Notes: generated from the letters alone by a model not told the origin. A stretch of 64,000 nucleotides of DNA from an uncultured Verrucomicrobiae bacterium (GCA_963837955.1 CAWIPH010000001.1:416001-480000); one strand, 5' to 3'. Counted from the stretch's first letter, positions 29,558-39,344 are shown. Numbers and translations: made by a program.

Positions 29558-30715
29558 CTAGCCGACAGCAATTTCGAGCACGCGATCGATCTCCGTTTCC
29601 GAGTTATAAAAGTGTGGACTGAAGCGGAGGTAATGATTGCCGGATCGATCCTGGCGCTGAGAACAGAAGATGCGCGCCTGAGTCAATCGTTGAAACACTT
29701 CGTTAAGATCCCGGGTGGGATGGGAGAATGTGACGATACCAGAGCCGGTTACCGCCTCTCTCGCACCGAGCAACCGATATCCGGCGGGCTCCATTCCATT
29801 GATCAAGCGAGCGCGAAGAGTGAGAATCCGCTCAGCAATCCGATTAATTCCCGCCTCCAAAAGAAGATCGATTGCAGCCTTCATTCCGACGATTCCGGGC
29901 AGGTTCATGGCTCCGGGCTCATAGCGTTGAGCCGTATCAAGAAACTCGATTTGATCCTGGGCGACGAAACCCGGCGCGCGAATGTTCCAGGAACCTAACA
30001 AAGTCGGGCGGCACAAATCGAAATGCTGTTTTTTCACGTACACGATGCCACTGGCCAACGGACCGAGAAGCCATTTATGAGAATCAGCGCTCAGGAAGTC
30101 AATCTGTTCGACCGTAGTAGGGAATGCGCCGAGCGTCTGGATTGCATCCACTGAAAGCAGTATGCCTCGTGCGTGCAGCATCGCCCCAATGGCGGCAAGG
30201 TCGATGCGATAGCCGGACACGAAATTGCAGGAAGCCAACGCCACTAAGCGCGTTTTGTTGGTAATTGCTCGCTCCACAACCTCGACGGTAATCTCGCCCA
30301 GTCCGGCCGGTTCCAGATAGCGAATCTGGACGCCCCGTTGGCGAAGATTCAGCCACGGATAAACGTTTGCGGGGTAGTCATCGAGGTAACAGACCACCTC
30401 ATCTCCCGCTTCCCACGGAATGCCATTGGCAAAGAGACTAAGACCAAGCGAGGTTGGCCCAAGAAGGGCGATCTCTTCAGGTGAGGCGTGGAGCAAACGA
30501 GCTGCGGACTCACGAGTCTCTCGAATAATTCTCAAAGACTCCGTAAAGTCAGGGAATTCTTCCGCCGATTTGCGAACGTAGTCGCTAATCGCCTCCGCGA
30601 CCACATTCGGCAGAACTGTGACCGCCGCATGCGCCAGGAAGATCTTTTCTCGAACAATCGGAAAGCACTTGGAGCGAAACGATTCGTCAGCGAGAACCGA
30701 AGCAAAGAGATCCAT
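29558..30715 (-). CDS. Class V PLP-dependent aminotransferase (cysteine desulfurase-like)
   Basis: VDAIQTLG, SADSHKWLLGP, RFSPHFYN. Confidence 0.9.
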   Translation of the reverse strand: MDLFASVLADESFRSKCFPIVREKIFLAHAAVTVLPNVVAEAISDYVRKSAEEFPDFTESLRIIRETRESAARLLHASPEEIALLGPTSLGLSLFANGIPWEAGDEVVCYLDDYPANVYPWLNLRQRGVQIRYLEPAGLGEITVEVVERAITNKTRLVALASCNFVSGYRIDLAAIGAMLHARGILLSVDAIQTLGAFPTTVEQIDFLSADSHKWLLGPLASGIVYVKKQHFDLCRPTLLGSWNIRAPGFVAQDQIEFLDTAQRYEPGAMNLPGIVGMKAAIDLLLEAGINRIAERILTLRARLINGMEPAGYRLLGAREAVTGSGIVTFSHPTRDLNEVFQRLTQARIFCSQRQDRSGNHYLRFSPHFYNSETEIDRVLEIAVG

Positions 30716-30892
30716 TTTTTGCCCTACACTGAAACATGAGTAAAAGAAAGATGTCCGGAATCCAGAATTTAGAAGAGGGAAGAGGGAAGAATTGCAGCGG
30801 GCGCCGGCGTACTTGCCAATGGTAGCCGTGACCGGCGAATTCGAGGTCGTGGGCCAATCTTGTTCCGCCGAAACGAAGCGAAGAGAAATAAT

Positions 30893-31030
30893 ACACGGAT
30901 TACACAGATTATTTTATCTTCAGTTGCTTGCGGACGTTCATGTAACAAACCAAGCCCTGACAACGGCTCTCAGCTGAGACCTTGTAAATGTGTTGAATCC
31001 AGAAATCTGCGTAATCCGTGTAATCTGCGG
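30893..31030. repeat. Inverted 9-mer repeats (ACACGGATT / AATCCGTGT type)
   Basis: ACACGGATTACACAGATT ... AATCTGCGTAATCCGTGTAATCTGCGG. Confidence 0.7.
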
Positions 31031-31055
31031 ATTATTCCTCTTCGTCGACGCCCTG

Positions 31056-31421
31056 CTACTTGCCCCGCTTGGTTCGCTCGCCCTCTTCAATCAATTTCCA
31101 GAACCCGGAACTTTTTTCGAGTTGCTCGTCTTCGGCCAGCGGCAGCTTCGATCGGAATAAGAAATCGCGAATCGTATTTTTGTGCAGCACTCGGTGCACC
31201 ACAATACCTTCTGGGCTGCGCTGGAAATAGATTCGGTAATCATTGGCCCGATATCGGTACAGCTTTTTCCCTTCGCGATCGATCACCCCGAATGCCTTGG
31301 AATCCAAATGATCCAAATTATCAGGGAGAAACTGAAATTCGGCCAGCAGCTCCAGCTGCAGTTCCTTCGGAATTTTACCCATTTCCGAGGCGCTGATCTC
31401 GTTGAAGACGATCTGATACAT
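31056..31421 (-). CDS. RelE/ParE-like protein with C-terminal extension
   Basis: MYQIVF...LYRYRANDYRIYF...VVHRVLH resembles the RelE fold. Confidence 0.6.
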   Translation of the reverse strand: MYQIVFNEISASEMGKIPKELQLELLAEFQFLPDNLDHLDSKAFGVIDREGKKLYRYRANDYRIYFQRSPEGIVVHRVLHKNTIRDFLFRSKLPLAEDEQLEKSSGFWKLIEEGERTKRGK

Positions 31422-31581
31422 TGGATGCGTCTGAAATTCTAGCATAGTTTGGTTCGAAGGCGCCTCAAATAGGGAAGGAGGATCGATGATAGTCAAAAAT
31501 TGCTATCGGCTCGGCGCTCGGCGCCTGAATGCCGGGGCTTTGCCTATATCTAATTTTGCGCTTTACTCTGGAATTGCTGTG

Positions 31582-32226
31582 ATGCGCTTCATTACGCTCC
31601 TCAGTTTTCTGATCGTCCCTCCTCTATTCGCCCAATTGCATTGGGATGACCCGGAGCAAAACCTGAAAGCGAAGCCTGGAGACAAGGAAGCAGTTATGAA
31701 GTTTCACTTTGTTAACGCAGGCCAAACGGCGATCAAGATTGTGAATGTACGCACCTCGTGCGGTTGCACCACGGCCGCGTTGGCGAAAGACAAGTATGCT
31801 CCGAGCGAAGCGGGAGACATTGAAGCTCGGTTTTCGTTCGGAAGTCACACCGGGCGCCAAGAAAAGACTATTACGGTCACTACATCGGATGCGCCCGACC
31901 GGCCGACCTATCTGCGTTTGGTGGTCGACATCCCTCAAGCCGTGATCCTGCAGCCGGAATTTGTGCTGTGGAAAATCGGCGAGCCGGTGGATACCAAAAA
32001 ATTCCGGGTAGCAATCGGGGAAGGATTCTCGGCGAGGTTGCTTGGTGTAGAAACAGATAATCCGGATATTCGATTTGAAGTGAAGCCGATCACTCCCGGG
32101 AAAGAACTGGAAGTGAGCGTAACGCCAAATGACACGAAACGCCCCCAAAGCGGTACGTTACTAATTAAGACAGATTACCCGCCCGAGAATCCGCAAACCT
32201 ATTACGAGTACATTCGAGTGCAATAG
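31582..32226 (+). CDS. DUF1573 domain-containing exported protein
   Basis: FHFVNAG...VRTSCGCT motif and signal peptide. Confidence 0.85.
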   Translation: MRFITLLSFLIVPPLFAQLHWDDPEQNLKAKPGDKEAVMKFHFVNAGQTAIKIVNVRTSCGCTTAALAKDKYAPSEAGDIEARFSFGSHTGRQEKTITVTTSDAPDRPTYLRLVVDIPQAVILQPEFVLWKIGEPVDTKKFRVAIGEGFSARLLGVETDNPDIRFEVKPITPGKELEVSVTPNDTKRPQSGTLLIKTDYPPENPQTYYEYIRVQ

Positions 32227-32227
32227 G

Positions 32228-32644
32228 ATGAAGGCAGGCGCGCAGGCTTTGCTTATTTTTCTCGCCGCCACCGCGTTCGCTGGCCTAACTGCGACCATCC
32301 ACCCAAAGAGACCGAGCTTCCCCAATAGATCCTCCGAGCCTGGCGAAATCAGTCTGGAAGAGGTCCAAAATTGGAGAGAGCCCATGCTCTGGGTTGATGC
32401 AAGGCCGGAATCGGATTACGAGGCGGAGCATGTACCGGGAGCCATTTCGCTGAATCCGGATAATTGGTCGGAACGGTTGCCCCATTTTCTTGATGGATGG
32501 CGGCCCGCCGAGAAGGTGATCGTCTACTGCAGCGCAGCTAGTTGCGACACAGCCCGAGAAATTGCCGAGCGTCTTCGGCGAAGTGGCGTTGAGCCCGTCT
32601 ATCATCTGAAAGGCGGATGGGAGAGCTGGAAGGCTAGCCGATGA
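32228..32644 (+). CDS. Rhodanese-like domain protein
   Basis: VDAR, HVPGAI, VYC, LKGGWESW. Confidence 0.9.
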   Translation: MKAGAQALLIFLAATAFAGLTATIHPKRPSFPNRSSEPGEISLEEVQNWREPMLWVDARPESDYEAEHVPGAISLNPDNWSERLPHFLDGWRPAEKVIVYCSAASCDTAREIAERLRRSGVEPVYHLKGGWESWKASR

Positions 32645-33090
32645 GCGCCGAGGCCACAGGGTCCAATTCGCGAAACCGAATGCTCGAATGGGTATCGCTC
32701 GGGTTTCGCATCCTGCTCGGGGGATTGTTTGTGTTGGCTGGCTGCCTGAAGATCCTCGACCCGGCAGCGTTCGCTCTGGAGATCGATAGATACCAATTGG
32801 TTCCGTGGTGGGCTTGCGCACTTCTCGCGCTCTTTGTTCCTTCTTTGGAAATTTGCGTTGGACTAAGTCTGCTTTCCCCTTGGTTTGCGCGCGGAGCGGT
32901 GGTTTGGGCCGGCATCCTGCTGACCCTCTTCAGCATCGCTTTGCTGACTGCCATGCTGCGAGGCTTGGGTATCGATTGTGGGTGCTTTGGTCGGGTCTGG
33001 CAATCAACTGGGACGTTTTGGCCACTCATCCGAAATTTAGTATTACTAGGAATAACTTTTTTTCTTTGGTGGCAACGTCGTCGCCCTTGA
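32641..33090 (+). CDS. MauE/DoxX family membrane protein
   Basis: RILLGGLF...K, IDCGCFG, RNLVL. Confidence 0.88.
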   Translation: MSAEATGSNSRNRMLEWVSLGFRILLGGLFVLAGCLKILDPAAFALEIDRYQLVPWWACALLALFVPSLEICVGLSLLSPWFARGAVVWAGILLTLFSIALLTAMLRGLGIDCGCFGRVWQSTGTFWPLIRNLVLLGITFFLWWQRRRP

Positions 33091-33111
33091 GCTTTGCTCC
33101 CTGTTTCGCGC

Positions 33112-34206
33112 ATGGATTTTCCTTACCGTTGCTGGGTAGAAATTGAGACTGCCGCTTTGCGAGACAACGTCGAAGCGTTGCGGCGTTTTTTGGCGCCGGG
33201 CGTCAAAATTGCCGCCGTCATCAAAGCAGATGCGTACGGACACGGTCTGGAGGCGATTGCCCAACGAGTTGCGGATCAAGTCGATCTACTCAGTGTAGCA
33301 AATTTGGCCGAGGCAAAGCGCGTCCGAGGCGCTGGCGTGCATCTGCCGGTCATGATCCTCGCTCCGGCTTTGCCGGAAGAGCGTGCGGGAATCTCCGAAC
33401 AGAGATTCATCCCAACCGTTTCCACCGCAGAAGAGGCAGCCGGCTACGCTCCGGCCGTCAAAGGCGCTCCATTACCCATTCATTTCGTCATTGATACCGG
33501 TATGGGACGAATTGGACTCTGGGAGGAACAAGCGATTGTGGAGTTGCGATTGATTCAGACCATGAAGAATCTTCGCGTCGAAGCACTCTCGAGCCATTTG
33601 CCAGTCGCCGACGAAGATCCAGTTTACACGGCGCAACAACTCGAACGAGTGCGCGCTCAAATTGAGAAATTGTCACCGGCAAGTTCCACGGTCTTGAACA
33701 GCCCGGGGATCATTCGGTTTGGGTCGTTCGCGCGGCCCGGTGATGTCGTGCGCGCAGGGCTGGCCCTCTATGGGATTTCGCCTTTGCCAGAATTCCAAGC
33801 ACGCTTCCGGCCGGCGTTGACCTGGAAGACACGAGTCATTCTTGTGCGCGATGTAGGAGCGGGGCGCAGCATCAGCTACGGGCGCACCTTCATTACCGAA
33901 CGCCCCACCCGGGTCGCAACGCTGGCGGTTGGTTACGGCGACGGCTATCAACGACATTTATCGGGACGGGACGCCGATGTGCTTATTCGGGGCAAGCGCT
34001 GCCCGCTTCTTGGGCGAGTGACCATGGACCAAGTCATGGTCGACGTTTCGCATCTCGGCCAGTTAAACGTCGGTGAAGAAGTGATCCTGGTGGGCACTCA
34101 AGGGAATGAGACGGTCCTTGCCTCCGAGCTAGCCACGAAGGCGGGCACAATCCCCTGGGAAATATTTACCGGGATTACCAAGCGGGTCGAACGGGTCTAC
34201 CGGTAG
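33112..34206 (+). CDS. alr: Alanine racemase
   Basis: AVIKADAYGHG, DTGMGRIG, SYG, GRVTMDQ. Confidence 0.95.
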   Translation: MDFPYRCWVEIETAALRDNVEALRRFLAPGVKIAAVIKADAYGHGLEAIAQRVADQVDLLSVANLAEAKRVRGAGVHLPVMILAPALPEERAGISEQRFIPTVSTAEEAAGYAPAVKGAPLPIHFVIDTGMGRIGLWEEQAIVELRLIQTMKNLRVEALSSHLPVADEDPVYTAQQLERVRAQIEKLSPASSTVLNSPGIIRFGSFARPGDVVRAGLALYGISPLPEFQARFRPALTWKTRVILVRDVGAGRSISYGRTFITERPTRVATLAVGYGDGYQRHLSGRDADVLIRGKRCPLLGRVTMDQVMVDVSHLGQLNVGEEVILVGTQGNETVLASELATKAGTIPWEIFTGITKRVERVYR

Positions 34207-34344
34207 CAGGGGGGACGAGTTACAGGTTACAAGTTGCAGGTTGGTGGCGGCGACTGTCCTGCTACGTACAGCGCTGCTGAGTCAGAAATTACTGGTGCGG
34301 AGTGACCGTTTGCGCCAAATCACAAAACGCAGTCGCCATTGGTC

Positions 34345-34456
34345 GGGAGGGATCGCAGCCTGTCCGACATAGCTTTTTGATGCATCACGCTCAACCGTGC
34401 GCTTCTGCGACGTCGGATCCTCGCGATCCGCGGCGCACGAGGACGTGCGCCCTCCC
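34345..34456. repeat. Internally deleted copy of the GGAG-ended palindromic element at 55856-56024
   Basis: Shares GGGAGGGATCGCAGCCTGTCCGACATAGC...GATCC and the terminal GTGCGCCCTCCC but lacks most of the right arm. Confidence 0.85.
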
Positions 34457-34587
34457 CAATTGGTTCCTCCACGCAAGCGTCGTAAGCCGCATGCTTTCAG
34501 GCTACCAGTACAGTCGCCGCGCCCCTAACCGGATGGTTGGCGGTAGCGGCAGGAAAAGCGTTACAAATACTCGACGTGCGCTCAATC

Positions 34588-34627
34588 CGTTCCCGGCGCT
34601 CTCGGCGATGACGGCGTTCCCGGCGTT
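34588..34627 (-). repeat. 9-mer AACGCCG array directly after the YHS stop codon
   Basis: Minus strand reads TAG AACGCCGGG AACGCCGTC ATCGCCGAG AGCGCCGGG. Confidence 0.85.
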
Positions 34628-34933
34628 CTACTCCATCCCTTCATTTGCCGATTGATTCTTCAAGGCGAGGGAACCGTACTTATCCGAGTTCTGCTGAAAC
34701 TTCTTCAGACAATCTTTGCAGCAGAACGCAATCGTCTTGCCTTGGTATTGGGCGTAGACCGGCTTCCCAACGTCACCGACCTTATCACCGGAAACCGGGC
34801 AGACTGAGTTAACCGCTTTGCCAGACGTTTGGGCGGATTGAGCTGCACTCGCACTCCCCGTCGGGCTAGGATCAGCCGCGAAAGCGCTGACGGTAAACGC
34901 TGCGACTAACATGGCTATCATTTGTTTCTTCAT
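34628..34933 (-). CDS. Exported YHS-domain protein
   Basis: Signal peptide, CPVSG...YQGKTIAFCCKDC...F. Confidence 0.85.
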   Translation of the reverse strand: MKKQMIAMLVAAFTVSAFAADPSPTGSASAAQSAQTSGKAVNSVCPVSGDKVGDVGKPVYAQYQGKTIAFCCKDCLKKFQQNSDKYGSLALKNQSANEGME

Positions 34934-35082
34934 CGTTGATTACTGTTTCAGTTCGGTTTGTTAACTTGGCAATCTATTTAGACGAGTTGCGCGTCAAGAT
35001 ATTAGTCAGGTGTAGTGAACTCGATCGTCGTTCAAGCAAGATGCATCGACTCTTCCGATGCTTAAACCAGGATTTGGTCAGC

Positions 35083-36492
35083 TCAACCGCCGTGCTTCAT
35101 ATCCATGTGATCCATGTTCATTTTATCCATGGGCTTCTCGCTCTTCTCTGAACTCGGAACAAAGCCTAAATCGCGCTGCAACTCATCATTGCTGGCCAAG
35201 CTTGCCAACGTCCCTGGCGGATTCTCGTACCAGCCAGGGTCATCGTAACTCGTCAGGTTTTCTCGAACCTTCACGATCGTGAACAACCCCCCCATGTCAA
35301 TGTAGTCGTGCTTACCCTCCATGCCGACCATCGGAATACTGTTGCGCGGGACCGGCATGCCCATTTCGCCCATGTCAGCCATGCCGCTCTCGCCCATTGA
35401 CATATAACCGGGGAGTAATTTGCTTACTCTATTATCGAGCTTGCTTGGACGTACCCCGATGAGATTGGGTGCTTTATGCCCCATTTGATTCATGGCGTGA
35501 TGGGTCATATGGCAGTGCATCGCCCAATCGCCGGGATTGTCCGCAATGAATTCTACGGTCCGGGTTTGGCCGACGGCGACCAGGACCGTGGTCTCCGGCC
35601 ACTGCGCTGATTCTGGAATTTGTCCTCCGTCCGTTTCAGTGATCTTCCAGTGGACCCCGTGAATATGGATCGGATGATGCTCCATCGGGCTTAAATTCCC
35701 GAACCGGATTCTTACTCGATCTCCGTATTTGGCCACTAACGGGGCAGTACCTGGAAACGCGCGACCATTAAGTGTGAAGACATTGAAGTCCGTCATTTCG
35801 ATCGGGTTGGGCCGCATGGTGCCCACATCGATCCTCCACTCACTCGCCATGAGAGCGAAGTCTCGATCCGCCTTTGGACCAGTGGGATTTCGCGGATGAA
35901 TGATAAACATCCCCATCATTCCAAGCGCTATCTGGGTCATCTCGTCGGAATGAGAGTGGTACATGAATGTCCCGTGCTGCCTGAGCTTAAACTCGTATTT
36001 ATAGGTCTCGCCGGGTCCGATATTTTTCTGGCTCAGCCCAGCCACTCCATCCATACCCGATGGCACAAGCACACCGTGCCAGTGAACAGTGGTGTTCTCC
36101 GGAAGCCTGTTCGTCACGTACATGCGCACCTGATCCCCCTCCACCGCCTCAATGGTTGGGCCGTGAACCTGACCATTGAAGCCCCAGCAACGAGCGCGAA
36201 GTCCAGGTGCAAATTCGTGATCAACTTCTTCAGCGATTAGATGGAATACTTTGACGCCTCCCACCAATTTATAGGGCAGCGTGGATAAGTTTGGTGTGAT
36301 GACTGGAGTATAATCTTTGCCGGGTTCACCCGGAGGATAGTCCGCTTGATCAGATTGAGCGTTTCCCTTGATTTTCTCGGGATTTTCGAACGGCTGTCTA
36401 GCAGGCTCCGCTCCTTGTACGGTAGTAGCGCCGAGCGCAGCCGCGCCTGCAGTAACAACTGCGTTAGAGAAGAACTTGCGGCGAGATATCAT
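35083..36492 (-). CDS. Tat-exported two-domain multicopper oxidase with Met/His-rich tail
   Basis: SRRKFF Tat motif; HWH, YHSH, HPIHIH and HCHMTHH copper ligands. Confidence 0.93.
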   Translation of the reverse strand: MISRRKFFSNAVVTAGAAALGATTVQGAEPARQPFENPEKIKGNAQSDQADYPPGEPGKDYTPVITPNLSTLPYKLVGGVKVFHLIAEEVDHEFAPGLRARCWGFNGQVHGPTIEAVEGDQVRMYVTNRLPENTTVHWHGVLVPSGMDGVAGLSQKNIGPGETYKYEFKLRQHGTFMYHSHSDEMTQIALGMMGMFIIHPRNPTGPKADRDFALMASEWRIDVGTMRPNPIEMTDFNVFTLNGRAFPGTAPLVAKYGDRVRIRFGNLSPMEHHPIHIHGVHWKITETDGGQIPESAQWPETTVLVAVGQTRTVEFIADNPGDWAMHCHMTHHAMNQMGHKAPNLIGVRPSKLDNRVSKLLPGYMSMGESGMADMGEMGMPVPRNSIPMVGMEGKHDYIDMGGLFTIVKVRENLTSYDDPGWYENPPGTLASLASNDELQRDLGFVPSSEKSEKPMDKMNMDHMDMKHGG

Positions 36493-36509
36493 AACTTTTT
36501 AATTCTTGG

Positions 36510-37940
36510 TTAATTGTTTTTGGCTGGCCTTGGCAGCCTTGCATTTATGACGGGTTGGGATTTGCCGTCTGTTGGTTGGCGCGGATTCAGGTTACCGCCC
36601 ACAGCTCGTTCGAGTTCCGCTCGTGTAATCCAGTAATCTCTGACTGCCTCAAGGTATTCGCGCTCGGTACGCGCCTCTTCGGCTTTTGTGCTAAAGAGTT
36701 CAAAATTATCAATCTCCATCGCGTTATATTGCATGAGACTTTCGTTGAGGATTCGACGCTGGCCCGGCAGAAGCTCGTCATGATAGAAACGAGCGATCTC
36801 CCTTTTGCTGGTGAGCTCGTCCCGCAGCTCTCTTATCTGAGAGCGAACGTCAACTGCCAGTGCTTCAAACTTGTCCTGTGACTGTCTTAGAGCCGCTTCA
36901 CCCCTGGCGATCCGCCCTTGCCCTTGATTGAAGATCGGTAACTCGATTGCGAACGTCGGACCAGTCCTGGTTTGCGAATCAGTTTCCCGTTCGCTATTGA
37001 ACCCGAAATCCAACGCACCCACGAGTCGGAGGCTTTTAGTCAGTCCGAGATTCTTAACCTGGCTTGTGACCTGGAGGTAGCCAGCCTGTAAGTCCAACCG
37101 TTGGGATATGGCCAAGCGTTCGAGCACTCTCATGGGAACGTCTGAACTCGGCACCTCGGGCAGTTCACCGGCGATTTGCCACTCTGTATCCGTGCCCCAC
37201 AATCCAAGCAGGCGATTGAACCTCTCACGATTTCGCCGGATTTCGGCGTCCGTTGAGGCGACATCCAGTCGGGAACGGCTGTAACTCTCTTGCTGCTGAG
37301 CCAGCGCCAAGTCAGTGATATTCCCAGCTTCGTGCTGTCGCTGGGCTAGATCCAGCGAAGCGGCGTTAGTATCTACGATCACCTTAAACCGCTTTAGGAG
37401 CTGCTGGGAGGCTTGCAGCGAATAGAAGGCGCTTTTGACCTTCGAAACCAGTTCGAGAGTTGCATCCGCTACCCGCAGAGCCGCAGCTTCCAGCTGAACT
37501 TTAGCAACCTGCTTTTTCAGCGGAATCATGATGATGCTTAAAAAGTCAATGGCCGCGCCATAGTCGATGTATGTGCCGGAGGGCGGCTTGTCCGGAATTC
37601 TTACTGCTAAATCGAACCTCGGATTCGGGAATGTTGCAGCCTCTATAAGGTCGGCGGTCGAAAGACCAATTTCCTCGAAAGTCGCCTGCAGCGATCGATT
37701 GTTTAACAGCGCAATCTGAACGGCGGTGTCGACTGTCAAAGGCTTGCGAAGAAGCTGGCGCACCTCTTGGAGAGCTTGTTCATGCGCTGCCTGATCCTCT
37801 TCCCAACGAACCGCTTTTCCCGTACGTTCCTGAACCGACTGCTGGACATCTTGAATCGCCTGCTCTTTCTCGCGGGCGAAACCCGACGGTAATGTCATCG
37901 CCAGAATTGATGAACAGGTCACAAACCTTGTAATGGTCAT
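36510..37940 (-). CDS. TolC-family outer membrane protein (copper-operon type)
   Basis: AVQIALLNN, ELPIFNQG, coiled-coil OEP repeats. Confidence 0.9.
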   Translation of the reverse strand: MTITRFVTCSSILAMTLPSGFAREKEQAIQDVQQSVQERTGKAVRWEEDQAAHEQALQEVRQLLRKPLTVDTAVQIALLNNRSLQATFEEIGLSTADLIEAATFPNPRFDLAVRIPDKPPSGTYIDYGAAIDFLSIIMIPLKKQVAKVQLEAAALRVADATLELVSKVKSAFYSLQASQQLLKRFKVIVDTNAASLDLAQRQHEAGNITDLALAQQQESYSRSRLDVASTDAEIRRNRERFNRLLGLWGTDTEWQIAGELPEVPSSDVPMRVLERLAISQRLDLQAGYLQVTSQVKNLGLTKSLRLVGALDFGFNSERETDSQTRTGPTFAIELPIFNQGQGRIARGEAALRQSQDKFEALAVDVRSQIRELRDELTSKREIARFYHDELLPGQRRILNESLMQYNAMEIDNFELFSTKAEEARTEREYLEAVRDYWITRAELERAVGGNLNPRQPTDGKSQPVINARLPRPAKNN

Positions 37941-37946
37941 GTGTTA

Positions 37947-38255
37947 TTAATTGTTAGGAGTCGGTGATGGTTGGGATTGTTCCTGGGGCATGTTCATGTC
38001 AGGCATCTGATCCATTTGCCCCGGTTGCAGGGTCTGAGTCGGCGACGCCTGCTGCTCCTGTTTGGCAACTTGTGCGAAAATCTGGCGAGTTTTCTTCGTA
38101 AGATCGTCGGCTCCAAGTGCGTTACGAAGGGGTCTTACAGCGGCTTGCGGCGCTGATGGACTTGCTGGGTCATCAGCTGTGAGCTGAGGTGAAGAAGTTG
38201 TTGCGCAGCCTACTAGGAGGCCCAAAGCGATTAACAGGATAGAATATCGATTCAT
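37947..38255 (-). CDS. Small lipoprotein with Met/Gln/Pro-rich tail
   Basis: Lipobox LVGC; MDQMPDMNMP. Confidence 0.75.
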   Translation of the reverse strand: MNRYSILLIALGLLVGCATTSSPQLTADDPASPSAPQAAVRPLRNALGADDLTKKTRQIFAQVAKQEQQASPTQTLQPGQMDQMPDMNMPQEQSQPSPTPNN

Positions 38256-38764
38256 TATTTGTCGTGGTGACCGGTTTCAGGGGATGGAGTTGGAGTTTCA
38301 CCCGGCCGAAATTCGGTATGCCTCACCTGGCCACCCGCCTGAGCGATGTAGATAGCGAGCCCCGAACAAACAATAGCGACCGCGAGAGTCGTTGCTGCCA
38401 ATGGCACACCCGCCCTCGGCCATTTGACTGGAATCAGAAGGCCGGCCAGAGCCAAAAACGCCAAGAAATAGAAAGCCCCTATTGTTTTTTCGGCTCGATC
38501 CATGTGTTCATCGAGCGCATCAGCTCCCGTGTCATCGGCCATGCGACGGACTGTCTTGTACGCCCTCTGCCCGGTCACAAAAACTGGGTACGCTGACACC
38601 CCGGCGATGAGCGTGAGGACCAACGCTGTGATCTGCGCAGCGCGGCTTCGAAGAAGCAATGCAATCGCCAGGGCTAACGCCCCAAGCATCGAGCCGTAAA
38701 TTGGGAGATGATTCAATATCACGTGGATGTATTCAGGCTTCTTAAGAAGATCTAATTCGGTCAT
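38255..38764 (-). CDS. 4-TM membrane protein with conserved His (DUF2231-like)
   Basis: HVILNHLP, central EH, GGQVRH. Confidence 0.7.
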   Translation of the reverse strand: MTELDLLKKPEYIHVILNHLPIYGSMLGALALAIALLLRSRAAQITALVLTLIAGVSAYPVFVTGQRAYKTVRRMADDTGADALDEHMDRAEKTIGAFYFLAFLALAGLLIPVKWPRAGVPLAATTLAVAIVCSGLAIYIAQAGGQVRHTEFRPGETPTPSPETGHHDK

Positions 38765-38912
38765 AGGATGTTGATATTTGCTGAATCAGCAGTTTCAGAG
38801 GAATGGCAGCCGCCCAGCTGCGGAACGGATCTGGGTGCGAACTACTCAAAGCCAGTTTGAGAGTCCGACTAGACGGCGGTTTAGCCAGCCGCAGAAAACA
38901 GGCTAGCCGTCT

Positions 38913-39344
38913 CTAAGAGAGGCCTGGAGGAGCGTTTTCGCGCAGAGAACGCTGGAGCACAATTTCGACGAACGAGCCAGCGGATGGAGGTCCAGTATCG
39001 TACTCCGTGCTCGGAAGAATACATCTTGGAGATTCTAACAAAACTAGATGACCGATAGCAAAGAGCTGAGTCCCGGCCAGAACGGGACTAAAAGAGATTT
39101 TCGCTTTGGCGACGCCAGCATGAGAACTCAAAAGCCCCTGACAACAGGCTAACATCCCAGGCTGACTAGGAGATTTGGTGTCACTTTTGGGGCAATGTGC
39201 CGGACAATGGGGAATTGGAACAGCCGTCTCGTGAGGGTGGGTCATAAGCCCTAGCAGACAGTGATTGCTAGCGGCAAACCAGGCGAGTACAGCCACCATC
39301 GCGACTGCTGCATTAAGAAATCTCGCCTTAGCCAACCAGTTCAT
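38913..39344 (-). CDS. DUF2946/CruR/CutF-like upstream ORF (putative Cu-responsive arrest peptide)
   Basis: N-terminal hydrophobic segment, HC, CPAHC and CC, C-terminal TGPP and NAPP; first gene of the copper operon. Confidence 0.65.
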   Translation of the reverse strand: MNWLAKARFLNAAVAMVAVLAWFAASNHCLLGLMTHPHETAVPIPHCPAHCPKSDTKSPSQPGMLACCQGLLSSHAGVAKAKISFSPVLAGTQLFAIGHLVLLESPRCILPSTEYDTGPPSAGSFVEIVLQRSLRENAPPGLS

